IMG/VR virus record: IMGVR_UViG_3300032246_003079
Reading direction: 5' to 3' (one strand)
Length of the DNA stretch: 64,000 nucleotides
Source of the DNA: a virus
The translations under genes and the position numbers were made by a program. This document shows positions 54,640 through 64,000 of this stretch, one piece after another; position 1 is the stretch's first letter, and the number at the start of each line of letters is the position of its first letter. Below the pieces are notes generated by a model. That model saw only the letters and a list, made by a program, of their open reading frames with translations. It searched no databases and was not told the DNA's origin.

Positions 54640-56347
54640 CGAAAATGAAATAAGAATTGTTATTGGGTCCAAAAGGTATGCTGGAAATACAGATAAAGAT
54701 GTTTGGCTCCAACCACCATTAATTGGTGACAGAAGAGAGTTAATTGAAGGGGATAGAAGTATCTTAGTAAATCAACAAACACTCTTTGAAACAGAAAGAC
54801 AAGAAAGTGATAAATTTAGACTTGCCGGTAAAATTACGAATGTATTTGATAATACAGTAACGGGTAAAACATCTTACACACCATTCAAAAATAATTTATA
54901 TTACACAAATGCAATAAGTAATGCGACCAATAACTCAAACTTTTGGGAAGGAAACCCTCAGTTTGATGAGTTTTCAATTCAAAGATTTAGTGGTATTACA
55001 GGACATGTACCATTTGTCCCTAAAAGCGCCTCAACATATAATTGGTCTTTTTATGTTAGTTATGCGTTTTCGAGTACAACCGCACAAACAATGTCATATA
55101 CTGATGAAAAGTTTGGAGTAACCAATGGGGGGTTTGTTGCTGGTGACGGAATACCTTATGTTTTGACAACAGGTAAGTTTAATGGAAAATCTTTAGTTTA
55201 TTTTTATTGTGGTACAAATCACAACTTACAAATTGGACAATATGTTGAATTATCAACACCAATTAACAATAAAAATATATTTCAAGTTTATTCTTTGGGT
55301 GATGGAACAATCGGTTCAGAAAATAAAGTTTTTACAATTTATGATTTAAAATATCCAGCATTAGATATACAAACGGGTGTTTTTGGAAATCTTAAAAGAA
55401 TAACTGAATCTGCTAATTCTGCAGAAACAAAATCCATATACTATGTTAGGTTACACAAGATTATTAAAAACAGTGAACAATGTAATATTAGTAAAGCGGG
55501 ATTTGAAAATAACCCATTTGCGATAGATAAAAAATTAGAGTATTCTGCACTAACACCCAATCAAGTACAAAGAGTTTCCGTAAAAAATAATGCACAGACA
55601 TTTTCATTTACGTTTGATAAAGATGTAAAAATAGCTGGTTACATAGACAACAACGGAAAACCAATAACTGAATTGTTTTTAACAATTATAAACAGAGGAT
55701 ATATGGGGTGGTTTAATAAACCATTTGTTAATCAAAATGGTCTACAAACCGCAATTGATATAGGTTGGAATTTTAATTTTTTAGAAAATTCAGTGGACAC
55801 ATGGTGGAATCATAACAATAGTTTAAATAAAGATAATATACCAACAAATTCATATTCGTTAAATGGACAAACATTTTATTATAATGAAATATTAAATCAA
55901 GGTGACGTGATTTTAGGGGATTTTTGTGAATATAACTATATGGAACAAAGAGAGTATGTTTTATCTAGAGCTATTCACAAATATTCATTTAACGATATTT
56001 TGTTTCAAACAACAGGTAATCAAAACTACCCTGACGGTTATTTGTATAACCCACATTACTCAATACCTATTAGAGCTTTTAGTGATTATATTGAAAATGG
56101 AACAAAAGATACTGTAGACAATATACCGGGATATTCTTGGTTTAGTGAATATAATAACAAATGGTATTGGAGAGATTTATATACTTATGGATATATAGAT
56201 AGCGATGGGATTGGGGTGAATAACCCGTTCATCAACGGAGCTCATTATCCGTTTTTAAATTGTATATTTTTACAATATCCTATTCGAAGAAATAACAATG
56301 TATTCTCAAACGAATATCAACAAATAACTAACGACGATTGTGAATAA
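54632..56347 (+). CDS. Putative baseplate/tail structural protein
   Basis: 571 aa, aromatic- and Asn-rich; overlaps both neighbours in the baseplate operon. Confidence 0.6.
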   Translation: MSNENEIRIVIGSKRYAGNTDKDVWLQPPLIGDRRELIEGDRSILVNQQTLFETERQESDKFRLAGKITNVFDNTVTGKTSYTPFKNNLYYTNAISNATNNSNFWEGNPQFDEFSIQRFSGITGHVPFVPKSASTYNWSFYVSYAFSSTTAQTMSYTDEKFGVTNGGFVAGDGIPYVLTTGKFNGKSLVYFYCGTNHNLQIGQYVELSTPINNKNIFQVYSLGDGTIGSENKVFTIYDLKYPALDIQTGVFGNLKRITESANSAETKSIYYVRLHKIIKNSEQCNISKAGFENNPFAIDKKLEYSALTPNQVQRVSVKNNAQTFSFTFDKDVKIAGYIDNNGKPITELFLTIINRGYMGWFNKPFVNQNGLQTAIDIGWNFNFLENSVDTWWNHNNSLNKDNIPTNSYSLNGQTFYYNEILNQGDVILGDFCEYNYMEQREYVLSRAIHKYSFNDILFQTTGNQNYPDGYLYNPHYSIPIRAFSDYIENGTKDTVDNIPGYSWFSEYNNKWYWRDLYTYGYIDSDGIGVNNPFINGAHYPFLNCIFLQYPIRRNNNVFSNEYQQITNDDCE

Positions 56348-57182
56348 TAATTATTATAGGTTTAGTGTAACTTCTGAAGACACGGCTTTTAACATACCAG
56401 TTGAAATAACTTTTGACATGGGAGGTAGAAATGATGGAATCGTTCAATTTGAAACTGATGTTTTACAAGATTTAATAAATGGTATTGATGATTTTGAAAC
56501 TACAAGATTTGCAAATAAAGAATATACCCAAACACCAAATGTTACAGACATAAATTATGAATTTTATTTTTTAGATTCTACCGTTTCAGTTACTGCCGCT
56601 ACATCTAATGATTGGGCAGTTGACTATGATAATGCAACATTTACCGACCCTGAATTATATTATTTTGCAAATTCATTCAAAGGTAGTTTTTTCAAATTAG
56701 ATTTTTATGATACAAAAACAAATGAAAATCAAAAGGCATATTTTAGTGTAATATTACCAACACAACAAGGACAAACAAGAGTTGGTTTTTTAGGTCCGTT
56801 GAATAATCAAACACAAGTGAATGTTAAAAAACCAAAATTTAAACTTGATTATACAGGTTCCGACAAAGAAGGATTTTTTATATATTGGTTAAAAGAAACG
56901 GATTTTATAAATATTACAGAGTTTTATATGACCGCCAAGTTTTTTAACGCAAAGACAGGTCAATTTGTAAGGTTTATGAATGAGCCACAATCCACTTTTT
57001 CTGCAAACAACAAATTTAATTTTAACAAATCACAATATTTTTATTATAAAGTTGAAATGGATTTTACAAACTTTGAATATCAAGTTTACAAAGAAATCCC
57101 ACAACAAAACCAAGCACCTGTTCTTCAAAGAGTTGGTGATTCGGTTAATGTTATAAAATGGTATGAATACGGAAACCCATAA
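56340..57182 (+). CDS. Putative structural protein
   Basis: 280 aa; GTG start overlapping the previous gene. Confidence 0.6.
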   Translation: MNNNYYRFSVTSEDTAFNIPVEITFDMGGRNDGIVQFETDVLQDLINGIDDFETTRFANKEYTQTPNVTDINYEFYFLDSTVSVTAATSNDWAVDYDNATFTDPELYYFANSFKGSFFKLDFYDTKTNENQKAYFSVILPTQQGQTRVGFLGPLNNQTQVNVKKPKFKLDYTGSDKEGFFIYWLKETDFINITEFYMTAKFFNAKTGQFVRFMNEPQSTFSANNKFNFNKSQYFYYKVEMDFTNFEYQVYKEIPQQNQAPVLQRVGDSVNVIKWYEYGNP

Positions 57183-58270
57183 TGGAAGCTGAAAAATATT
57201 CTTTAATAGTATCCCCTGAAAATATTTCTACAGATATTTTTAGAGAATCTTATAGTGGTGACAGTGGGTCACAAACCTTTGGTGTGTATTCAGGTATGTC
57301 TTACATATTGAGTGGAGGAACAGGAGGTACATCACTTTTAACTGGTTTAACAATACCAATTATGCTCACTCAAACTATGAACGACATTGGTTTTTATAGT
57401 GAGTTTGATGGTCTTATGTTACAAAAAGATGTGTTGTCTAATTTTTTATTTTCCGCCGATACATTAACACCTTACGATGTTAATTTTTATAATACATCGG
57501 GTGATATAGAAATATCATTTTTAAAACTATCAAGTTTCTTTGTTGATTGGGGAGATGGGAGTCCAACTCAACAGGTTGGAACCCAACCATTGACACATAC
57601 TTACCCCACCACACCAAGCGCATATACCATAACTTTTTCTGGTCAAAACAGTTGGGGGTTGAATATAATTGAAAAACCGATTGTACTTCCTCTAACAGGT
57701 GTAACAATAACAAATTTACAAGGAAACTTTACCTTCACACCACAAGGTGGTTATTGGTCGGGTATACCTATAAGTTATGATTTTATAGCAACAGGTGATT
57801 CACAAAATAATGTATCATCACAAATATCAAGTTCATACACGACAATTCCTTTTCCTGTTTCAGGTTATACCAAATCTAAACTTACGGATGTAAAAAGATG
57901 GGGACCTAATCCATATACAGTTGGTTATACTTTTATAAAGAATGGAGTACCATACGGACAAATAAATTCTATAACATCAGGGTATACTTCATACACAATA
58001 AATGACATTACTTATTACGACTTTCCAAACGGACAAACTTTGTACTTATTACAAAGTTCAGGACTTACCCAAAATGATTTATTATTTTCAGCGATTACAA
58101 AAAATGAATATTTGTTAGATTTTGTTATGGACCCTGAAGTTCAGAGCGATGTTTACATTGAAAGAGGTAAATACAGCGCGTTTGAACCGTTACAAAGATT
58201 AGGTGAAGTTGATAATATTGGTGACATGGTTAGATATGGTTACGGATATTATAAAATTAATACAACATAA
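57182..58270 (+). CDS. Structural protein with a PKD-like domain
   Basis: VDWGDGS...THTY...YTITF matches the PKD signature. Confidence 0.65.
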   Translation: MEAEKYSLIVSPENISTDIFRESYSGDSGSQTFGVYSGMSYILSGGTGGTSLLTGLTIPIMLTQTMNDIGFYSEFDGLMLQKDVLSNFLFSADTLTPYDVNFYNTSGDIEISFLKLSSFFVDWGDGSPTQQVGTQPLTHTYPTTPSAYTITFSGQNSWGLNIIEKPIVLPLTGVTITNLQGNFTFTPQGGYWSGIPISYDFIATGDSQNNVSSQISSSYTTIPFPVSGYTKSKLTDVKRWGPNPYTVGYTFIKNGVPYGQINSITSGYTSYTINDITYYDFPNGQTLYLLQSSGLTQNDLLFSAITKNEYLLDFVMDPEVQSDVYIERGKYSAFEPLQRLGEVDNIGDMVRYGYGYYKINTT

Positions 58271-58302
58271 AAAAAGACATAAACTATTTATAAAATAAAA
58301 AA

Positions 58303-59211
58303 ATGGCACTTGGCACATATGGAATAACAAGACCCGCTGATGTATCACCTGATGATGTTGAAATCATCTTACACTATACACCTTCAAGGGATGTTACAAA
58401 TAATTTCACATTAAAAAAATTAAATGCCGCAAATATATTAACACCATATTTTCATAATTCAGATACCGGTGGTAATAATAATGTGGAAATTTTAGGTGGT
58501 TTATATAATTTAAGATTGCCTGCAACCGAGTTTAGTAAGTTGGGGATTTATACTTTAATGATTAGACCTGCTGAAATTAGAACAACAATAACTGACTGTG
58601 GAGTTTTATCGGCATTACCAAATGTAAAAGGTATTATTATAGATATTAATAATGTTCCTTCACAGTATAGAAATAAATTTGTTAATCAAGGACTTGTTGG
58701 TTTTAGAGTTGAATACTTAAATAATAACGGAACAAAAATACCAAACTTTTATAGACTTGTTACTTCATCATTTTATTGTGAACCTGTAATTACAGAACAG
58801 GTCAACACAACACAAAAGTCTATTAGATATAGATATGTAGACAACCCAACAGATTTAATTTTCTGTACACTTTCACCTTCTTCATCTCCATCTAATAAAC
58901 CAAGTGCAATTCCTTTTATAGGTCAGCCAAACCAAAATATTATAATAACAAACACTTTCTTTAATCCTATCACTATTGATGTTCAAATGGCGGAATACGA
59001 CATTGATACCTTAGCGATTGCTCTTTATGGTAATCAAACCAAAAGTATTGAAGACGGTATTTACACTCTTTATGATACGGCAGGAAACATTTACAAACAA
59101 TACAACTTGTTTGAAATTAGAAACAACTTTAGTGAACTTTTATACGAAGTTAGACAAGATAGGAATAATAACATTGATTACAGCAAAAACTTTACCAATA
59201 TTATCGAATAA
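58303..59211 (+). CDS. Putative structural protein
   Basis: 302 aa; preceded by TATTTATA; TAATG-coupled to the next gene. Confidence 0.65.
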   Translation: MALGTYGITRPADVSPDDVEIILHYTPSRDVTNNFTLKKLNAANILTPYFHNSDTGGNNNVEILGGLYNLRLPATEFSKLGIYTLMIRPAEIRTTITDCGVLSALPNVKGIIIDINNVPSQYRNKFVNQGLVGFRVEYLNNNGTKIPNFYRLVTSSFYCEPVITEQVNTTQKSIRYRYVDNPTDLIFCTLSPSSSPSNKPSAIPFIGQPNQNIIITNTFFNPITIDVQMAEYDIDTLAIALYGNQTKSIEDGIYTLYDTAGNIYKQYNLFEIRNNFSELLYEVRQDRNNNIDYSKNFTNIIE

Positions 59212-62159
59212 TGGCAAAACAAATATTTAGATATCCACCTGCTCCACCTGTAGGAACTTTAACTGCGTTCGATAACATAGTTGGATTACAGTTGGTGACA
59301 GGAGGTGGATTAACACAAGGAAACTTTCAGTTTACAACTGCCATTTATGAAAAGGTAAATCGTAATTTTGATTTAGGTGTTTTCTCACAACTTTATAATT
59401 TAGAAAATCTAAATATAGAAGATGTTGAACAAACAAAAAAAATCATACAAAAAAACTTTTCAGTATATCCAAATTTTGATATATCACAAATAACAAGTTT
59501 TACATTGTATGGTTCACTTCAAAAAAGATTATCAGCGTCCGTAACAAAAATAATAAGTTATTTTCCAGCGGCTTTAGAAGTAAGAGGAACGACTCTGTCA
59601 TTTACAACTGGTTATACCGCCACAAATATTGCTTTTGACCCTATTGAAAATTTAACAACATTTGATGTTGATGTTCCGTGGATAGTTAATCCTTTTGACA
59701 TTGACTTCTCTGTAAACGCAGCAAGAAATATTCAAGTTAGACCCATAAAAGTTTCAAAATACCGTGATTTAACTAATAACTACCAAAATTTTAGTTTATA
59801 TTTTTCTGCTCTTACAACAGAATATCCTGTAGTTGATTTTATACCTTCAGCAACATTAACCGCAGGAACAATTACATTCACAGTTGAAGGTGACCCTTTT
59901 TCAGGACAAACAATTTCAACAGACACATTCATAGTAAAACCAAATACACAAAAAACCGCTGAAATCTTCCAAGATGATTTTGATGAGGTTGAGGATTTTA
60001 TATTAAATAGAAATAGCCAACCAAAGTATACTGCGATTTTTGAGTACCCATACTACGATTCAAATGGGATTTTTACATTAAAAGTACAAAGTGTAACATG
60101 GGTATTAGATGGTTTATGGAATTTAGATATTGTGACATCAAATTTTGACACGTATTTAACAACTTTAAGTGAAATAGCGATTAATCTTGACGACTATAAA
60201 ACGAATTTGATTTCAAGATTTTTAACAACAGGGGCGTTTAAAGACTTTGACACCAAAGACCAAAAAATGGAAAAAATTCTACAAATATATGGTAGAAGTT
60301 TTGATGAGGTTAAAAAGTTCATTGACGCCTTAGCAAATATGAACTCAGTTAATTATGTTGTTGGAAATGATATACCATCACAGTTACTAACTAATTTAGC
60401 ACAAACCTTGGGGGTAAATACAAATATATCGCCAATTAATAACGACCAATTATTAGATGCGGTATTTAGTACAACAACTGACCAAATTTATTCAGGTCAA
60501 GCAGAAGAAAAAACACCTTCAGAGTTAAACTATCAATACTTTAGAAATGTAATTCTAAACTCGGCATATATGTTTAAATCCAAAGGAACAAGAACATCTT
60601 TGGAATACATAATGAGATTGATTGGAGCGCCTGAAGCAATAACAGAATTTAATGAAGTTGTGTATTTGGTTGATTCAAAAATTAATGTAGACCAATTCAA
60701 AGAAAATTATGCTAAAATAAGTGGAGGTACAGTTTATGTTGAAAAACCAGCATTAGACCCAACAAATACATTTTCTATTCAAGGAGTAACTTATACAGGA
60801 TTTACAACAAACGGAGAAGTGCAAACTGTAACAACATCAAGAAATGATTATGGTATTTCTGACGATGGTTACCCTAAATCACCAACACAAACAGATGATT
60901 ACTTTTTTCAAAAAGGTTCAGGTTGGTTTGAATCTAGTCCAAAACACAGGTCACCACAAGTTGTCGATTTAGAAAATTCACAACTTAACCAAAATGTACC
61001 AAGTGTCGTAACACAACTACAACCTTTTTCATATGGTCAAGAATATTTAGACAGGTTTACTAAGTTTCCTTTTTTGGATGAAGGATATACAATAACAAAA
61101 ATTTACGACAACCAAAAATCTTGGTCCGTTGACGATATAGGGAACAGAAAAAATAATTCAAACTTTAATGGGGTTGATTACACAATTACAAACGACAAAC
61201 AACTTATAAACTCAAAAAATATTGAATTAAATATTAATATGGGTCAAGGGTTAGTTTATGATGTGTGGGATATGTGTGTTAAATACGATTACCCAATTCC
61301 AAATACTGGTTTAACCACACCTTACCCATATCCAGGTGCAATAGATTGGACTTTTGTAAATCCACAACCAAAACAAAAAACATTTTTTGAATTTGCTCAA
61401 TCGTTCTTTACCAACATGATTAATGTTAGAAATAGACAAACAATTTTTGACGGTAAGACAGGAGGTTACCCTACACTTCAATCAATATATTGGAAATACT
61501 TACAGTCACAACAAACAGTGGGTATACCTTCTAATCAATTTACCTATCAAAAAATGATAGACTATACGTTGGGTATTGGTGATTATTGGCAAAGATTATT
61601 GGAACAGCTGGTTCCTGCAACAACACTTTGGCTCACGGGCCAAAAAATGGAAAACTCAATTTTCCATAGACAAAAATTCGTATGGAGAAGACAAAGAGGA
61701 TGTCAATTTATACAAGTTGAATGTGTACCTTGTACATTTGACGGTCAGTTATTTGGATATGATTGTATAGACCAAACTTTAAGATGTGAATTAAACTTTG
61801 ATAGTCCACAAACTTATCTTACACAAGTTTTAAGTGCGGTTGTAAAACAGAGTGGGTACACTCAAGCTAATTGTGATTTAACAAGCATAGTATCGGAGTG
61901 GTTTGTGGATTGTAGATTAGACAGTACGATTTTAGTACAAGAACAATTTTATACGGGATATGGTTTTTATGATGTTCCAACGGTTGCTCAAATAACGGCA
62001 GCAATTGATGACAAATTACAAGAATTATATAATCATGGATTGAACTATTATTTTGCAGGTAAAACTTTAGTAATAAGTAATTCAACTTGTTATGATGACT
62101 TCACAAATAAAAAACTGTACTTAAATATAGGTATAAACGCTAGTATAAATTGTAATTAA
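59211..62159 (+). CDS. Baseplate wedge protein (gp7 / P2 gpI-like)
   Basis: IPSQLL..LAQTLG and YMFKSKGTRTSLEYIMRLIG are gpI-like motifs; 982 aa. Confidence 0.6.
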   Translation: MAKQIFRYPPAPPVGTLTAFDNIVGLQLVTGGGLTQGNFQFTTAIYEKVNRNFDLGVFSQLYNLENLNIEDVEQTKKIIQKNFSVYPNFDISQITSFTLYGSLQKRLSASVTKIISYFPAALEVRGTTLSFTTGYTATNIAFDPIENLTTFDVDVPWIVNPFDIDFSVNAARNIQVRPIKVSKYRDLTNNYQNFSLYFSALTTEYPVVDFIPSATLTAGTITFTVEGDPFSGQTISTDTFIVKPNTQKTAEIFQDDFDEVEDFILNRNSQPKYTAIFEYPYYDSNGIFTLKVQSVTWVLDGLWNLDIVTSNFDTYLTTLSEIAINLDDYKTNLISRFLTTGAFKDFDTKDQKMEKILQIYGRSFDEVKKFIDALANMNSVNYVVGNDIPSQLLTNLAQTLGVNTNISPINNDQLLDAVFSTTTDQIYSGQAEEKTPSELNYQYFRNVILNSAYMFKSKGTRTSLEYIMRLIGAPEAITEFNEVVYLVDSKINVDQFKENYAKISGGTVYVEKPALDPTNTFSIQGVTYTGFTTNGEVQTVTTSRNDYGISDDGYPKSPTQTDDYFFQKGSGWFESSPKHRSPQVVDLENSQLNQNVPSVVTQLQPFSYGQEYLDRFTKFPFLDEGYTITKIYDNQKSWSVDDIGNRKNNSNFNGVDYTITNDKQLINSKNIELNINMGQGLVYDVWDMCVKYDYPIPNTGLTTPYPYPGAIDWTFVNPQPKQKTFFEFAQSFFTNMINVRNRQTIFDGKTGGYPTLQSIYWKYLQSQQTVGIPSNQFTYQKMIDYTLGIGDYWQRLLEQLVPATTLWLTGQKMENSIFHRQKFVWRRQRGCQFIQVECVPCTFDGQLFGYDCIDQTLRCELNFDSPQTYLTQVLSAVVKQSGYTQANCDLTSIVSEWFVDCRLDSTILVQEQFYTGYGFYDVPTVAQITAAIDDKLQELYNHGLNYYFAGKTLVISNSTCYDDFTNKKLYLNIGINASINCN

Positions 62160-64000
62160 TGGCTTGTTTTTCAGGTTTAACGGATGGAGTATATAGGTAC
62201 TATGATTGTTGTGGTAACTTTGTAGTTGGAGTTTCTTTAGGTGAAACTATTTGTTTTGATAACGCATACTCAGCATCAACATTTGGTGTTTATAATACAA
62301 TGTCCGCTTGTACGCCAACTTGTGACGACCAACCATTAGGACTAACATTTACAGTTACGGGTACATGCTCATCCCCAACAGGTTCTGTAACATTTTCACC
62401 ATATGGAGGAATACCTCCATATACAATAGATAATATACAACCTGGTGGAATAAGTGCTCAAACTTCGTCAAGTCCAATAACCTTTTCAGGATTAACCGCC
62501 GACACGTATGTGTTTAGATTGAATGATTCTGAAGGGTTTGAAAATAACGAATTATATATAAATGTTATAATAACAGGTTGTTTTTATACTGATATTATTG
62601 ACGTAACACCGACCACATGTGGAGAAAATAATGGAACACTTACTGTAAGTGCCAACTCTCAGATGTCACCTTACACATTAATATTATCAACATCAGGAGG
62701 TACTATTGAATCACAAGTGACAACTTTGTTCCCTTATACATTCACAAATCTATCTGCAGACACTTATTTTGTTCAAGTTGTGGATTATGGGTTGTCAACT
62801 GCAACAACATCTAACGCAATTGTTTCATCGTCTTCAAATTTTGATTTTGGTTTTTGGAAAGTAAATACGTCTACTTGTGTGATTAATGAAGGTAAACTTT
62901 CAATCACAGGTCTTACTGGAACACCACCTTACACATATCTTTGGAATAACGGTGAGACGGGACAAACAATAACAGGTTTAACGATTGGAACCTATAGTTG
63001 TACTGTAACTGATGGGGATGGTTGTGTGGTGACTAAAAGTGATACTATAGGTGAAGCAGACCCACTTGGAGTTGGTATTGTCACTTCTGTAAATCCTTCT
63101 TGTTTTTCATCGGATGGTAGTATTACATTTACAATTACGGGAGGAAGTGTCCCTTATTATTATTCTGCCAGTACATCACAAGTGGGGTATACATTAAGTA
63201 ATACATTAACCTTATCGGGTTTATCAAGTGGAAATTATAATTTAGAAATTACAGATGCGAACTTTTGTAAACAAATAATAAGTGCATTTATTAACGCTGA
63301 AAATTCATTTTTTATAGTTGATACAATAGTAACTAATTCTAATTGTAGTCAACAACTTGGTTCATTAACTGTTTCATTACAAGGTTCAAATAATTTTTAT
63401 AGTTATATATTATCGGGGCAAACGAACGGTTTAGTATATACCAATACAACACAAAGTTTAACTAGTACGTTTTCAGGTTTAACAAATGATACTTATGACT
63501 TAATCATATCAGCAACAGGAACAAACTGTGAATACACGACAACTGTTACGTTGGCATCGACTGATAAGTTTGAAATAAGTGCAACAACAACTGGCTCAAC
63601 ATGTTCACAAAATGATGGTGTTTTACAAGTTCAAGTTGGAACAGGTTATACATCACCTTTAGATTATATATTAAGTGATGGACAATCAGTTTTAGATACG
63701 TCATTGTCTTCATACACTTTTAATAATTTGGTTGCTGGTAGTTACACTCTCACAGTCGTCGATGCGGATGGTTGTCAAATTGATGAGAGAATAACAATAT
63801 CAACGGGAGGTAGTTTAATTAGTGCGATATCAACAACACAATGTTACGGAGGTCAAAATGGAACCGCGCAAGTATTAATATACGACGGAGAACCAACATT
63901 TAGTTATGATTGGTCAAACAATATTCCGTCAGGACAAACGGGGTCAACTATTACAGGTTTAACCGCTGGTACATATTCTGTTGAAGTTACAGATAGTAGT
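62159..64000 (+). CDS. Partial fibre/adhesin-like protein built of SprB repeats (runs off window; absent from the ORF track)
   Basis: ATG at 62159 (TAATG overlap), 614 codons with no stop. At least 7 units such as C...G...TGTPPYTYLWNNGETGQTITGLTIGTYSCTVTDGDGC and YDWSN...GQTGSTITGLTAGTYSVEVTD. Confidence 0.85.
   Translation, partial: MACFSGLTDGVYRYYDCCGNFVVGVSLGETICFDNAYSASTFGVYNTMSACTPTCDDQPLGLTFTVTGTCSSPTGSVTFSPYGGIPPYTIDNIQPGGISAQTSSSPITFSGLTADTYVFRLNDSEGFENNELYINVIITGCFYTDIIDVTPTTCGENNGTLTVSANSQMSPYTLILSTSGGTIESQVTTLFPYTFTNLSADTYFVQVVDYGLSTATTSNAIVSSSSNFDFGFWKVNTSTCVINEGKLSITGLTGTPPYTYLWNNGETGQTITGLTIGTYSCTVTDGDGCVVTKSDTIGEADPLGVGIVTSVNPSCFSSDGSITFTITGGSVPYYYSASTSQVGYTLSNTLTLSGLSSGNYNLEITDANFCKQIISAFINAENSFFIVDTIVTNSNCSQQLGSLTVSLQGSNNFYSYILSGQTNGLVYTNTTQSLTSTFSGLTNDTYDLIISATGTNCEYTTTVTLASTDKFEISATTTGSTCSQNDGVLQVQVGTGYTSPLDYILSDGQSVLDTSLSSYTFNNLVAGSYTLTVVDADGCQIDERITISTGGSLISAISTTQCYGGQNGTAQVLIYDGEPTFSYDWSNNIPSGQTGSTITGLTAGTYSVEVTDSS

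Noticed and set aside
75-62085. Numerous 60-136-aa ORFs antisense to or nested in long genes (e.g. 2355-2696, 9451-9804, 19369-19743, 38068-38457, 51132-51542)
   Set aside because: They are shadow frames of well-supported genes, with Phe/Ser/Leu-rich antisense composition, no motifs and no leaders.
1-64000. Stop-codon reassignment, as in some Bacteroidota jumbo phages
   Set aside because: Code 11 already gives near-complete coding density with intact multi-kb ORFs; TAA, TGA and TAG all terminate genes at sensible positions.
1-64000. tRNA or other structured ncRNA genes
   Set aside because: Intergenic gaps are mostly under 130 bp and explained by terminators and promoters; no cloverleaf or T-loop motif was seen.

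Overview
This window is an AT-rich (roughly 30% GC by eye, not computed), gene-dense segment of a large contractile-tailed (myovirus/jumbo-type) bacteriophage read in standard code 11. It carries neck, tail-sheath, tail-tube, tail-chaperone, tape-measure and very large baseplate/fibre genes. These are interleaved with a replication module: PolB, gp32-like SSB, RecA/UvsX, 5'-3' exonuclease, DnaB-like helicase and class Ia NrdB/NrdA. It also encodes a SNF2 helicase interrupted by a LAGLIDADG intein, a zincin-MnSOD fusion, a solo WYL protein and a HAD phosphatase. SD-less A-rich leaders, TTG-N~19-TATATTT promoters, eukaryote-like NrdA/B and SprB repeats point to a Bacteroidota host (inference). 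The most notable signals are: (1) a strongly over-represented [S/T]-[G/A]-x-[T/S] motif in virion proteins, with Pro-Thr linkers and a probable neighbouring glycosyltransferase, suggesting a phage virion-glycosylation system; (2) a TATTTAT(A) late-gene element sitting as little as 3-5 nt before ATG; (3) a class 3 intein starting with Phe; (4) a probable +1/-2 frameshift in the tail chaperone; (5) a fibre built from SprB adhesin repeats; (6) a small Cys module inserted in unrelated structural proteins. No tRNA, rRNA, CRISPR array or transposase was seen. All calls come from reading motifs by eye; no database search was run.
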